Below are positions 13,438-26,801 of a DNA stretch of 64,000 bases, in pieces; within the stretch, counting starts at the first letter, position 1; each line of letters starts with the position of its first letter. The stretch covers positions 37,882,001 to 37,946,000 of the forward strand of contig NC_087251.1 in the NCBI RefSeq assembly GCF_037042905.1, read 5' to 3'. The position numbers and the translations under genes were made by a program. Source of the DNA: Lytechinus pictus (taxonomy: Eukaryota). A model generated the notes under the pieces. It did not search any database. It saw only the letters and a list, made by a program, of their open reading frames with translations, and was not told where the DNA came from.

Positions 13438-14990
13438 ATTTTCGGTTTCATTTCAATGCCATGCATGCAATGCGTAACCGTATGCGAGTTCCCCTCCCAC
13501 TCCCAAGCACGTCTACGGAAGATAGCAAGTACATAAAACGAGTGGAGTGCTGAACGAATCGCCAGTGGTTGTGTGCCTGCATTACACATTACTCACTCAT
13601 CCTCGCGCTAACGTGTGCATTTTCATATTCCATTTCATGAAAGAAACGGTGTGTACCGAAGCTATCATCTTCACTCTCTTCTATATTCCAATGAGTATAA
13701 CTACATCCACTGTAGTCTTGCACGCTATACTCATGGATGCGTATTGAATGTTAGTGTTTTGTTATTATTTTTTTTAAGTGGGAGTATCTTGAATAGTCCT
13801 TTCCTTTCAAAATTATTTATTTGCTATAATATTGTAAAATGTTCATAATATGTTTACTACAATTTAGCGTCTATGTTAAAATGAAACTATATGTCACTAT
13901 ATGGGCCTAGAACATCACTGAAATTCAGTAAAATAAAAAAGATATACTATCCATATACTCTGTGTATATCTCTTCCTCCCCCTCTCTCTCTCCCTCTCAT
14001 GCCCCCTCTCGCTTTTGTTATCTTCTTTTCTCCGGCTAATCTCTGTATTTCTCATCCTCTCTCACTTTCATTTTCCCTTTCTGTTCATCTCTCCCATTCA
14101 CCCATTTCACTCTCCAGTTTTTCGAATCCTTTCCTATGACTCTGACTCTTCATCTCTCTCTCCCCCTCCACCCTCTCTCTCTCACTCTCTTTCTATTTAA
14201 TTATGACCAGAAAGAATAATTCACGCTTAAAATCTCCTAATTCCAGAACCTTGAAGTGTCCTCGGGATGGTATGATCAAATTCGTTGTATGTGAAAAACT
14301 GTCGAAATCAGAGAATAAGAAACAAAATGATGCACTTGTTAATAGTACAAAATAATATAAAGAACACACTTATAACATGAATGTAGTTAAAGGGATCGAT
14401 GTATGCATCCTGCTAACACTCATCGTTTCTCTCAGCTTTTACACGTCAAAATAATGATTTCGTCATTGGAATCGGGTCTGGATTACAAGGCTGGTGATGA
14501 GGTGTGTTGCACACGTGTATGGGACATAATCTCCGATTGTGTCAGCTACATTACATCCCATATTCACGCTCGACATCACTTTTAATTACCATTTTTTCAT
14601 CAATTTTCCCCACCCCTTGCCGTTACTCATAGTACAGCCCTTCCTTCTTTTCATCTTCATGAAAGGCATCATTATTTTCAGTCACAAAACCCGCGTATTC
14701 AGTATCTATACAGGGCTTACAGGCTGAATAATGCTACACACCTTCCTGGTTAAAGGAATAAAATTGCACTCAACATTCAATTTTAAAGGGAAAATGTTGT
14801 TCGCCTTTTAACCGTTATTTTGGGGATAACTTTGGCATTCGTTAAAAAAAAAAAGGTATATAGGATCATTCTTGAGAATTATTATTAAGAAGAAGGGGTT
14901 CTTTTACCCAAATTTTGTTCCACTCTACCCTTTATAATTATATTGCAGCGAGTTGTGGAAAGTAACCGAGATAACAATCTTCTAATCCTA

Positions 14991-17314
14991 CACATTAAGA
15001 AATAGGGTGAAAGAAAGGTGTAACTTTGCGGGAAAAGGTGCAGAGCGAGTATTCGAGCATCGTTGCACCTTTCACTCGCCGCCAAAATTATTGCATAATT
15101 CGCATATTTTATGAATTTGTTACGCTTGTCTGATTGTTTTGGGAAGAGTACTTTCAAGAAAAGTGGTTTAAGCATGTCTCTTAGTATTATTATTTTTAAT
15201 TTGGTGGGGGTACGTATAGAACTCTTTTCCTAATTTGCACCTATCACTATCAGAGAGGTGCAAAGTTGCACCTTTCCAAAAAGGTAGAAAGTTGCACCCT
15301 AAAAGTGCGCCCAGCGTGACATCTACATAGGAGGATCCAGGGTACGAGGGCCCGGTCCTCCCCCCCCCCCTTATTGACGGAGCAAAAAAAAGGGGGGAAG
15401 AAAGAAAAAAAAGAAAAAGAAGGGAAAGAGAGGAGGAAAAAAAAGAAGAGGAAAAATAAGAGGAGGAATTAAGACAAAAGAATAAATTAAGGCCAGGGGG
15501 GAGACTTGGAAAAAAAAGCTTTCATGTCTCTATATAAAATTTTCGCTCGCCCACCGTGCTCGCATTGCCTGTTCGATGAGATATACATATCTTGCTAATA
15601 GGCTGATACGGAGCTTTGAAATATCAAGTTTTGATGTCAAAATACAAACCATATTTCAGCTCGGACATCGAGCTATCATTATTAAGTTTGATTTGCAAAT
15701 TGATTTTTTAATCTGTAGAATGTCCGTTTTATGGTTTGAATATTAACGTTTTCAGCTTGTGTATGCGCTCGCATTATTTGATTTGCCAAGCTCCTATTAT
15801 CTTCGTGCACGCAATAAAGTGTTCAAAATATCCCTTTTCAGGTGTCTGATTGTCGAAACATAGGCCTATATGAGCTATAGTACTTTGCGCTCTCATTTGA
15901 TTGGTGAGTTATGTATAGGCCTACCTCTATATTAATAACAAACTACTTAAATTCCCATTTTTATGAGTTTATCAAAAATTTCGGCTCGCGATTTGCGTTC
16001 GCATCAATTGTTACAAATTTTATGTTAACCCATGCATCCTATTCATAATTACAAATGTGCTTAAAATGTCCAGTTTTCAGGCTTCAATATCAATAAATTT
16101 CACGCTCTTATTAGGCTCATTAGGTTAACAAATAAGATATTAGGCCTAACATTTTCATAAATTCCTAATAACTAAATTGTCCCTTTTCAGGATGGAATAT
16201 CGACAAGATTCATCTCGCATTTAGGAAGAGGAATAGGAAGATTATCGTTTTCAAATGATGACAAATGTCTTTAGAATGTCCCGGTTCTAGGTCAAAATAA
16301 TAATGAAATATATCAGCTCGCATCATTTATTAAGTGCGATCCAAATCCGCTTCACAATTTTCCTACACAGTGCTTGAAAAAGTGCTTAAATTGACATTTT
16401 TTCAGATTGGAATATCAAATATTTTCAGCTCACGCTTCGCGCTCGCATTTTTGATTTTCATGATAAAACATATATTATTCAGAATGCTCTGATTCTTTCT
16501 AACTCTAAAAAAAAGCGCACGCCTGTTTGTTGATATACGCAGCTTGATCTTATTCAAACGTGCTTAAATTATCCAGTTTCAGATCAGTATATATCAGCGC
16601 TTCGTGCTCGATAAATGTAGGAAGGTACCAAATTATCCATCCTTTTTCATGATTTAAAAAACATGAATAGAGTGTTCCGTTTTTAGGTTTGAAATCTCAT
16701 TTTTCCGGTTGCGCTTCGCGCTCGCATCAATCGTATATTTATATACCTATCCCGTTCAAGATTACAAAAAGTGCTTGGAATGTCAATTTTTTAGGTGGTA
16801 ATGTCAATTTTTTTTCAGCTCGCGTTTCGCGCTCGCATTATTTTCTCGTTTAAATACGTATCTTCTATATGGCTAACTGCAAAAATCTCTTAATAGGTCC
16901 CTTTTCGATCAGGCCAGAATGCATATTACAAAATTTCTGCTCGCGCTCGCAGTAATTATCTTGTTACATACGCCATGTACGCAGGATCACAAGCATTGCC
17001 CAGAATGTTCAATTTTCAGGACAAAATATATGAAATATCCAAAAAATTTAGCTCGTGCTTTGCGCCCGCACTATTTAAGGTGGGCTTAGTAGATTATTAC
17101 ATATTTAAATTATGTTGTGCTGTAAAAATAAAGCTAAGAAGTAACTGTTAGGACTACCTCTTCAAAGAAACAAACAAAACAACTTTGATTGGCCGATCGG
17201 GAAAATATGGGTGAACAAAAAATTCGCGCCCATCCCCTATTGGCGAAAGCTGGATCCGCCCCTAATCTTGTCTGCACCTTTAAAGGTTCAAAGTTGAACC
17301 TATTTTTCTTAGTG
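14991..17314. mobile_element. Host MITE (tgcacct-rich) interrupted by a larger element
   Basis: cacattaagaaataggg at 14991 and its inverted counterpart cctatttttcttagtg at about 17299-17314. The ttgcacct motif array resumes at 17272 after the insertion. Confidence 0.4.
15326..17264. mobile_element. hAT-like non-autonomous element with an internal tandem array of ~110-120-bp units (core gctcgcgcttcgcgctcgcat)
   Basis: Ends cataggaggatccagg / gctggatccgccccta. The core motif recurs at e.g. 15545, 15755, 15985, 16427, 16710, 16818, 16939 and 17051. Confidence 0.75.
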
Positions 17315-18294
17315 CGTATGGTGAAGAGGCTGCGGAGCAAATTTTGAAAGTGGGGACGTGGAAAAGGAACTTCTTCTTTTGAAAAGGGCTCTAGAAAAAT
17401 TACCAAAAGAGCATATCTGCCCCTCTCGAAATGACAAAATGCATGCATGGGTGTTCATATTTCAGGAAACGTTATTCACGTGGAATCAGGGGCGGCGTAA
17501 CATATATTCATTTGGGTGGGGCGATTAAAGGACACTAATATGTCAAGGGGGCATTTATGGTTCCCGGGGCACTGTAAGGTGGGAGAACAAATGCATTCAT
17601 GTTCGTTGAATAGAAATTACGCAATATGCCTTCTCTGTACTGTATACGTGCCATTTCAGGGACGAAAAAAGGAAATGAATACGAAAAAAGAGGGAAATAT
17701 TTCACAATATTACAAAAACTGAGAGAATCAACTTCAGAAATTAAAATGTGCAATTTAAAAAAGTGTTACCTCACTAATGGTAAATTTCATTAAAAAAATC
17801 CTATAGGAAATTATGGAGGCAAGTGCCCCCTGTCCCTTTCGGTTCTTCTACCCCAGCAGAAAGGAAACGGTGCTAATATAATATATAGACATAATATACT
17901 GATCTATTATTATGTAAAAAAGCAAACATTTAATCCGAGCTGGACATCTTTACATTACTAGAAGGCAAAACCCCGCGGCAAAATTGGGCCAATATTTACA
18001 CCACTTAAACAATAGATATCATTTCATTCTTGAAAATTGGGAGATGTTTGTCATATTGTACAGCCCCTTGCCCCCCCCCCTCGATTTACGCCTGTAACCA
18101 AATTTCATACTAGTAACAAAACTTCATCGAATATTTTTTTTTACTCTCTTGATTGCACAAACAGCAAAAAAAAAAACACTCCAACATAACTAAACGCCCC
18201 GACCCCATCTCGCTTCGAAATTGTCAACTATTTTTCAAGAGGGTTTACGTGCATTTATGCATATACACCAACTGATATACACGCTAGGTCTCAG

Positions 18295-18324
18295 CAAGGA
18301 GATATCAGAAGTGATATCTCCTTG
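18295..18324. mobile_element. 30-bp TIR remnant with 7-bp TSD (possible P-element-type excision footprint)
   Basis: gtctcag [CAAGGAGATATCA gaag TGATATCTCCTTG] gtctcag. Confidence 0.6.
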
Positions 18325-18724
18325 GTCTCAGTCAAGTATCTTTGCTTTTATCAGAGATGTATACATGGACACGATAATGATGTAATATAGTGATTTTACG
18401 ATTTACGCAATACCCGATGGACGAGTCTACTTAAATCATAGGGTCCACAAAATCAAACTATTAATTATTAAACGATATAATGCTCCCAATTTAAAAATGA
18501 TTGATTGTAAAATAATTAACAAATAGTGTTCTGAACACAATTATTTGAATTAGTGGCTGCCGAATTAATTCTATCATCATAAAAACATATATTTTAATAA
18601 ATGCATGAAATAAATATCCCTAATATTGTGCAGTAGAACGCGCTAAATAGCCTTGTTGCTATCGAATATCACTATCGTATCGAAGGTGTGGTTTTTTGCG
18701 AAGAAGACGTTGAGTTAGCTCAAA

Positions 18725-18806
18725 ATGGGGGGATCTGTGTCAAGATCAGATTTTGCATGGGTTTATACCGATGAACCACATCTCACAAGAAGGAAAGAAA
18801 TGCTGA
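18725..18806 (+). CDS. DEGS1: DEGS exon 1
   Basis: aaaATGG start; ends A|GTAAGT (phase 1). Confidence 0.92.
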
Positions 18807-21800
18807 GTAAGTATCGGAAATTATATTTTGATCCTTTAAATTGTCGGGATTGAGCTGAGGTTTGGAGCGGGACTTGAGATCCTGCTTTGATCAGGGAATA
18901 AAAATAAGTAACGGTCCCACGTATTGCTTTCTACGCAGGCTTGGCAACGTCGGACTCGGATGGTCTAAACTAAAGTCCACCGCACACATTACGACTGTTC
19001 GCAATCGCGCAATCCGATTTCAGAATAAAATGTAGTAGAATTAGTGGGACTATGCTATCATCCTTCTTAGAATAAAAGCGAATTTATCTACCGTAGACGT
19101 AGTCGTACGATTGGTTACGATTTTAAACTAATTTGGCCTGTACTCTTAAATAAATGCTTACAATCTTTCAAAATGGTTAAATTAGTTTTCATTCAATTAA
19201 TTTTAACCTCAAATAAAATGATAATATACTGGTATTCCATTCACATTTTCAGAAAATGAGCAAACTGTCATAAGGTGTGCGGTGGCCTTAACGTAACGAC
19301 TAACGTTTAACTCAGTAACTGATCGAAGTTGACTGTTACTTTTATTCTAAGTTAGCAACAACAAAAAAAGTTAGTCTGGCACCAAATTTACCCACAACTC
19401 AGACGAAAATAGTCATATTACTATTAGCAGGCCCCAGGATATTGCTTGTTCACCCAATCCAATTGAACAATTAATTGTGTAATTATGGTTAAATAAAGTT
19501 TGGTGAATTTCATGAGAATGATCACGTGTTTGATATGATTGAATTAATGAAGTGTTCGGTAATACGATCCACTATCATATAGTCAGTAAGATTCCCAACC
19601 AAGATTCCTTAAACATTGTAGGCCTATTTGTTTTTGATTTTGGACTCGGACTCATCTCGGAAGATTGATGGATTGAGCTGAAGAATGAATTAGATGATGA
19701 TTTCTAGGAATCTAGCTAGTATTAAGATGATGCTAGTATTAGTGATTCATTATAATTATTCCTTATAAAACTTCTCTTTCAGAAAAATATCCCGAGATCA
19801 AGAGGCTTATGGGTTATGACACTAACATTGCGAACATCATGCTTGCCATGGTCCTGGTCCAAGTAATCACATCGTACCTCCTCCGCAACGAATCGTGGAT
19901 GACCATTGTCATCGTAGGCTACTGCTTTGGAGGGGTGGTCAATCATTCCATGACCCTAGCTCTTCACGAGGTTGGTCATAACTTGGCCTATGGGCATGCA
20001 AGACCATTGTGGAACAGGATAATAGGATTCATTGGTAATCTGGTGATTGGAGTACCTGTTTCAATCTCTTTCAAAAGATACCACCAGGATCATCATAAGT
20101 ATCAGGTAAAGATTTGTTGAATTATTCATTTTTTTTAAATTCTTTTAGCAGGATGACTCTATCTGTACTTTATACACTTTACCCTTTGAGGCCCAGCAGC
20201 ATAAATACAAATTTAACATTCATGAAGAGTAATGATACAAGTTCTATAAAATGGGTTTTTACTTTTTTACTCTCTCTTGAACTGCTGAAAGTGGCAGATG
20301 ACCAATTCGGATCCCCCCCATGACAAAAAGAAATTTGGAATAAAATGTTCTTGTATAGATTGTTTGAATATTCTTCTGCAAGAATCTTTTACCCTGAAGG
20401 AGGCAGATGTAACCTGAAGAAGAATATTTCCAATACTTCAGATTCGAATCTGGTACATCCAACTATTGTATATTTTGTAGATATGTTGACAATCTGTTTC
20501 TGTTTATACATGTTTTTTTTCTCTCTCTCTCTCTTGGATTGGGATTAGGAGGTAATCAATTATTGTTCCATTTGTGGTGTGCATAGACAAACCCTATTGT
20601 TTTATTATTTTAGATATTATATTCACTATTCAATTGACAGTTTCATTATTGTTTTTGTATAGGGTGAAGACACTTTGGATCCTGATATTCCATCAGAATG
20701 GGAGGGTATTCTCTTCCGAAAGCCATTTACTAAAGCTATCTGGATGCTACTACAACCAGCTTTCTATGCCTTCAGACCATTTATCAAGAGACCGAAGGTA
20801 ATTATATACAATTAACACACAGAACATATGGCATTCACTGCTCCGAGTGCTACGCCATCAGAGCTCTGAAGACACTTATAGAAGAAACTAAAAGCAAAAT
20901 TCTATCCATATCATTTGAAAAAATGAATTTTATACATTTTTTATTGGTAATGTTGGATTGTTTTATCAAGTCTTTGAGCTTATTTGGAATATTATCTTGA
21001 TGTTATGTTCCAATAACCTAAAACCAGTTAAAGTGATGAGTTGCACAAATAGACCCAAATACATTCACTGGAAGACATATACACGTATCAAATAATTTTC
21101 ATTATTGTGGTTGTGGAGTAACTCTGGTAAAAACTGAAAACTAAGGTTAGTCTGATTTCTGCCATTGACTTTAACACGGCAAAAACTCAGGTAAAAACAA
21201 CCTGAGTTTTCTCAGGTAAAAAGTTTTATGCAACAGGCCCAAGTAATATTAATGACTGCATTTTACTATGTGCAGTTAAGTCATATTCTGCGTTTCATTC
21301 ATATATTGTGGTCTATCGAATATTTTGCCAGGTCCCCAGCAAGCTTGAGGTCATCAACCTGATAGTGCAGCTGGTCTTCAATGCAGCCATCATCTACTTC
21401 TTCAGCCTGAAGGCGTACATCTATCTCATCCTGGGGTCCATCTTGACCATGGGACTTCATCCTCTAGCCGGTCACTTCATCTCGGAGCATTACCTCTATG
21501 AGGAAGGACATGAGACCTACTCGTACTATGGGCCTTTCAATTACATTGCCTTCAATGTCGGATACCATATGGAGCACCACGACTTCCCCAACATTCCTGG
21601 TTACAAACTTCCTCTGGTGAGTTTACTTACAGTCGTTGAATTGCACTGTTGCTTCCATTTGACTGTACAGACAGATTTGCATTGATATCCTCAAATATAT
21701 CATATTCATAATGGGGTTGAAAAGTATTCCCTTTCCCCTGATTTTGGCAATGTATGATTGCGTCATTGTACATTTTTACATCTCCCGGCCATGAAAAACT

Positions 21801-22240
21801 ACCATTTCCATGTGCTTTTTTGTATGAGCATGTTGTCCACCTTGTAATGACTGTGCCAAAAAAAAGGGCAAGTTTGTGTTAATTAAAGTTAAAATAATGG
21901 AAGTTGTCTTTACACCCATGTCTTTACTATTTAATCTATTTCACTTGCCAAATGATATGGGATTAAGAGTGAATTTGGATTGTACGATTTGTTTGAGGAA
22001 ACATGTCCATGATTTGTTTAGATATTATCAATAAATGACATTTTAATTTCTTTTCTCTATATGTGTACACAGATCAGGAAGATCGCCCCAGAGTACTACG
22101 ATCCTCTTCCAACTCATGAATCCTTTGCAAAAGTCGTTTGGGACTTTGTCATGAGCCCCAAGATCGGACCTTATGCTCGCGTGAAGCGACCCAACTCTAT
22201 TGACCCCAGGTCCATTGACCCCTGGGATATGCCTCATTGA
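18725..22240 (+). CDS. DEGS1: Sphingolipid delta(4)-desaturase / dihydroceramide desaturase DES1, 5 exons, 330 aa
   Basis: join(18725-18806,19783-20105,20663-20797,21332-21616,22073-22240) = 993 nt, all introns GT-AG and in phase. N-terminus [34 protein letters not shown] (Lipid_DES domain, Gly2 myristoylation site). His boxes HEVGH, HQDHH, HMEHH. C-terminal IAPEYY...[13 protein letters not shown]1 vs DEGS2 orthology cannot be resolved in an invertebrate. Confidence 0.95.
18974..19288. mobile_element. PIF/Harbinger-type MITE in DEGS intron 1
   Basis: TIR agtccaccgcacacattacgac / gtcataaggtgtgcggtggcct, flanked by TAA on both sides. Confidence 0.75.
19783..20105 (+). CDS. DEGS1: DEGS exon 2
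   Basis: tttcag|AAAAATAT...CAG|GTAAAG; contains HEVGH and HQDHH. Confidence 0.93.
20663..20797 (+). CDS. DEGS1: DEGS exon 3
   Basis: tag|GGT...AAG|GTAATT; [15 protein letters not shown]...[10 protein letters not shown]. Confidence 0.92.
21332..21616 (+). CDS. DEGS1: DEGS exon 4
   Basis: cag|GTC...CTG|GTGAGT; [13 protein letters not shown]...ETYSYYGP...[12 protein letters not shown]. Confidence 0.93.
22073..22240 (+). CDS. DEGS1: DEGS exon 5 (terminal coding)
   Basis: cag|ATC AGG AAG ATC GCC...CAT TGA. Confidence 0.92.
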   Translation: MRKIAPEYYDPLPTHESFAKVVWDFVMSPKIGPYARVKRPNSIDPRSIDPWDMPH

Positions 22241-23704
22241 TGTTCCTGTTTGTGATCGTTTGTTGGGTGTGTCTTTCTGCAATTGTATCGCTAGATTTCT
22301 ACATAATTAATAGATAATTTTGTATATAGAATGATCAGGGTTGATCAAGTCAGGTGCTGAATCAAGTTTATGATTCATTTAAATCCAATCCGATGAACTC
22401 TTTGATAAGTGATTAAGCCTAAATTGGGTATTACAAGAGAGTTCCATCCCAAATCAAGCATAAGTCCCAAAATCTTGATTTAGTGCAAATTTGTTGATTT
22501 GTATACAGTTCGAACTACTCATTTTGCTTGATTCTGGAAATTATGCTCGACTTGTAATGTAACACAAGTTTCTTGCAGCGCCCCATAAGTTAGGAATATT
22601 TATTTGCAAAAACACTGATGTAAACATGGAAAAAACAAAGGGATAGTTCATGAAACCATACAACTCCCTTTGCACTCTCAATTATGTAAACAGTGAGTTC
22701 ATGAATAATAATGATAATAGTGATATCTTATTGAACGCGCACACCGTCCAGAGATGCTCATGGCGCTAGCGCAGCAACAGTTCCTTTAGATGCAAATATT
22801 TTATACACATACATTACAAACAGCTACTTAGATATAAATAGAAATCTTAAATCACTGAAACTGGGTATTGGATATTATTTACATTTACTACATGTAAATA
22901 GAATGTGAAGAAAGGTGACTCTACATGTAAATTCTCTTGGAAAACAGGAATTTGTTCAACTTTGGCAAAAATGTGTCTAAGAACATGTAAATAAGACATG
23001 TTTTGCATAATCTGGTCTGAAGTAATGTTTAGAATTAAGTGATATGTAAATTTATGGAAGGTCAGCTTTTGCAGAATCTGCTGTGTGTCTGATGTCAAAT
23101 TTTGTATAAAACTTGAATTGTCTGAATGGTTTGTATTCTTTAAAGATTAAGCTTTAAAATGCATTGTGAAAAGCAGTGTGAATACTAGTCCTTGGGTAGG
23201 ATCTCATTTCATTTGGTAATTTCCTTGTTTTAAAAATTAATTCAGGGCAACTATCTCTTCTTTTTTATCAGAGAAGTAAAAACCAACTACTTGTAGATCA
23301 AGTGAATACAAACCTCATTTCATTGTCCTTCTTTTCACTGTGTGGTCATCATTGTATGTGGAGTGTTTTGTTAAAACAGTACTATGTTGCAGACACCTCC
23401 CCAAAACAAAAGGCACCTCACATTTCAGTGAGGTAAAGTATGATTAATTAACATGAAAAATCTATGTGTAATTAAGATCAAATCAAGATGTTGGGAGTTC
23501 TCATATCCATTTAGATAAGTATATATTTTTTTCAATGAGGTGATGGAATTTTCCCCATAGAGTGGGGGTATTGTGCTCTCTGTGTGGAATACTAGATAGC
23601 TCTAATTGCTCAGGTAATGAACTGTGCTCACGAATAGTATTGTTATTGCATAATTCAATGTCTGGTGCATTTTCATAATAGGTTTAAACTAGAGGCTAGA
23701 GACC

Positions 23705-23846
23705 CTGGGAGCATTTTATGAAAAGTTATTGTCAATGATTTTTCACCGATGTTATACAAGCTACCAACAAAATCCTTGCATGTGATTGGCTGAAGGTGAA
23801 TTAGGCTGTGAAAATCACTGGCAAATCTTTAAATGAGATGCTCCCT
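23705..23846. mobile_element. Short palindromic MITE (ggggagcgtttcatga family)
   Basis: Inverted ends ctgggagcatttt / atgctccctag. Related copies at 41709-41847 and about 44715-44845. Confidence 0.55.
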
Positions 23847-25510
23847 AGAAAGGTAAACAAGCAGGAATTGTTAGGTGTCATGAAACTTCTCAAATTATTA
23901 ATTAGCTGTTTAGTTTCGTTTTCCTTTTGTATGTACTTTCTTTGTCTTTCAGATTGTGCCTATTGACATCTTCTGCAGGGGGAGGGGGCAAATTGGATTT
24001 TCATTAAATCAAAAAGCATTCATAATCATTTATGATTGATTGATGATCTTGTGTTTGGTGTTTATAGGTGGGAATTAAGGAAAATTCTTGATAAAGCCCA
24101 ATGGAAATACTTGTAGTCTTTAAATTTTAATTTTAGTAGGTTGCTACATTTTATTAAGGAATTGTAATTTGTCATGTTTCAGTATGCATATTTATTTGAC
24201 TACTTGATTTACTTTTTTTCTTTCCATAAATTCATCATATTGTGAAGATAAATCATGCTACAGCCAGACATGAATGTTATTCAGTTCTGAGAGAATATTA
24301 GCAGGAGAGCTGGCACAATTAAACATGAATAAATATGAATCATCAAGTCTTCTTTATAAATCAAGGCTTCTGTAAAATGTTTTTATTTTTAATGTCCAGG
24401 GATAACAAAGCTTAGCAGTGATCGTGGAACATTTTTCCACGATTGATTGCATTTACTACAATGTACAATAAATCGTGAAAAATCAAGCATACGATTAGTC
24501 GATAACCTTTGTGTTATGGGACCTAGGTTGGTTTCTCGTCCTTCGGATGTAGATTCTGTCAAACATGTAATTTCCCACTCATCCATATAAAAAAAATTTG
24601 TGGGGGGGGGGATGGGGATCCTCTTCTATAAAAGAATCCTTCACACTTTTTACCAAAAGGGTTGGAAAATCTGCAGCGTTTAATATAAATTTGCTTTTGA
24701 ATGGAAAGGAGAAATTCACCCTGACTTTAAGTTGGTTTGATAAAAGGAGAAAAAAATATTGAAGGTTTGATGAATATCCGTCAAAGAATAACAAAGTTAT
24801 AAAGTATTTAACTTGATTTTGTGACTTCAGACAAGCTCCTCCATCTTTAACCATAATTTTCAATAAAAAAATTGAATTGATCTGGAATTGCTCACATATT
24901 TGAGATCACAAATTTAAACATCTCGTACTGTTTGATAAATTTTCGTCAAATCTTCACCAATATTTTTCTAAAAAATGTTATGCTTTTGTTAAAAACAAAT
25001 TATTTCAGTACTTCTCCTTGAAGATGCCAGTTTAACATTTTTTTTTCAAATTTGAAAAATTGTGAGGCAAATAATCAGAGATTATGTCAATTTCTACAGT
25101 TTTGGCATGACAAAAAAAAACCCGACGAATTCATGAAAAATACTTATGTTCAATAATTATATTACTGTGTATCAACTTGAGCTTCAATATACTTGGTATA
25201 TCAATTTGTATCACAACATGGTACATTGAAAAAAGATTTCTGTATTTCAGAAAAATGGGGAACAGTGCTTTCTAAATTCTGAACACCCCATCACAGAAAA
25301 TCAATGGTGTTTCCCGACAATAAATCTACCGTTCAGAAAATTCAAATATATGTGCAGTATGAAAAGCAAAGAATTTGTAATATCCCCCCCCCCCCCAAAA
25401 TAAGAAAAAGTGGCTGTATGCTGTAGGTTAGTGGGTACTTTTATAAATAACAAGAAACCATTTTGCAGATTTTTTGCAGTGTAAAAATATTAAAAGGATG
25501 GTGGATAAAC

Positions 25511-25651
25511 AATAATACTCCACTTTTATATAGCACTTAATACATTGGAACGACGTCTGTAAGCGCTTTCGGATATATCATTACCCCAGTCTTCGGATCC
25601 TTGCATGCCCACACACAAATGTATGCACCTCCACTCCCTGGGGAGCATTCC
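25511..25651 (-). mobile_element. 3' fragment of a Deu/Nin-domain SINE
   Basis: Minus strand reads GGAATGCTCCCCAGGGAGTGGAG ... aagcgctta...gtgctatataaaagt...tattatt tail. Confidence 0.55.
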
Positions 25652-25942
25652 CCATAAATGGAATCCTTTGTAGGGGAATGCTAAAATCTGGCTGCTTACT
25701 CAAAACTGAAATTCAATTCTGGTTCAGATGGGTGTTCATGCACCAACTATCACATATTTCGAAGTTCTTATTTTGGAGCTGCCAAATTTATTTGTTAAAA
25801 AACCCTATTCTTTCTCTTTTTTATCCTTTTTTCATGGCTAAAATAAAAAAATTATTTGAAATTTTGAAAAACATACCAAAATCATCCTTACCAGTTTCAA
25901 AATCCCATTTCTTGGGGGAAATCCTATTGTCACTTTCCCCTT

Positions 25943-26701
25943 AACAAGTGGAACGCCTCTTGCAGTCTTGCCTGCATTACGCGATTCGATATAGCAGCAG
26001 TGCTGATTTTGAAAACAGCTATTAAATAATTATTCACAAAAGAAAACACATAATAAAACACCATGTCCATTGACCCAACGTGACCTTTGACCATGTGACC
26101 TAAGACATGTGCAAAACAATCATTCATACTTGATTACCCTTATGTCTATGTTTCATGAACTACATGTGTAGATCAATAAACTTAAAAAGTTATGACAATT
26201 CCACAAATACCCCCAACATTATCAAAGTTAGTTGACCATAAATGACCTTTGACCTAGGTCATGTGACCTGAAACTCGCACAGGATCTTCAGGGATACTTA
26301 ATTGCTCTTATGTCTTAAGTTTCATGAGCTAGATCCATAAAATTTTAGTTATGACAATTCCACAAATACCCCAAACATGGTCAAAGTTTGTTGACCCTAA
26401 GCTATGACGACGTTTCAAAAACTTAACCTTGGTTAAGATTTCAATATTGATTCCCCCAATATGGTCCAAGTTCATTGACCCTAAATGACCTTTGACCTTG
26501 GTCATGTCACCTGAAACTCAGGCAGGATGTTTAGTAATACTTTATTACCCTTATGTCCAAGTTTCATGAACCAGGTCCATATACTTTTTAAGTTATGACA
26601 TTTCAAAAACATAACCTTGGTTAAGATTTCAATGTTTGACGACGCCGCCGTCGGAAAAGTGGCGCCTATAGTCTCGCTCTGCTATACAGGCGAGACAACA
26701 A
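25943..26701. mobile_element. Helentron-associated (HINE/DINE-like) element with internal tandem repeats, nested in a CAGAGCTGCCAA-type MITE (about 25774-26742)
   Basis: aacaag start; subterminal inverted repeat gtcttgcctgcat / atacaggcgagac; terminal hairpin gtctcgc...gcgagac (26671-26696); gacgacgccgccg microsatellite; tandem units containing gaccctaaatgacctttgacc. Confidence 0.7.
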
Positions 26702-26801
26702 TCCTACTAAATAGGATAAAATCCTACTCATTGGCAGCTCTGTAGTATATAGGTATTTTGTGATAGAGTGGGTATAAATGCACCTAAAATGCAAGGATTA
26801 A

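Noticed and set aside
12545-13553. Plus-strand ORFs overlapping the TRIM gene
   Set aside because: Antisense shadows with no recognisable domain.
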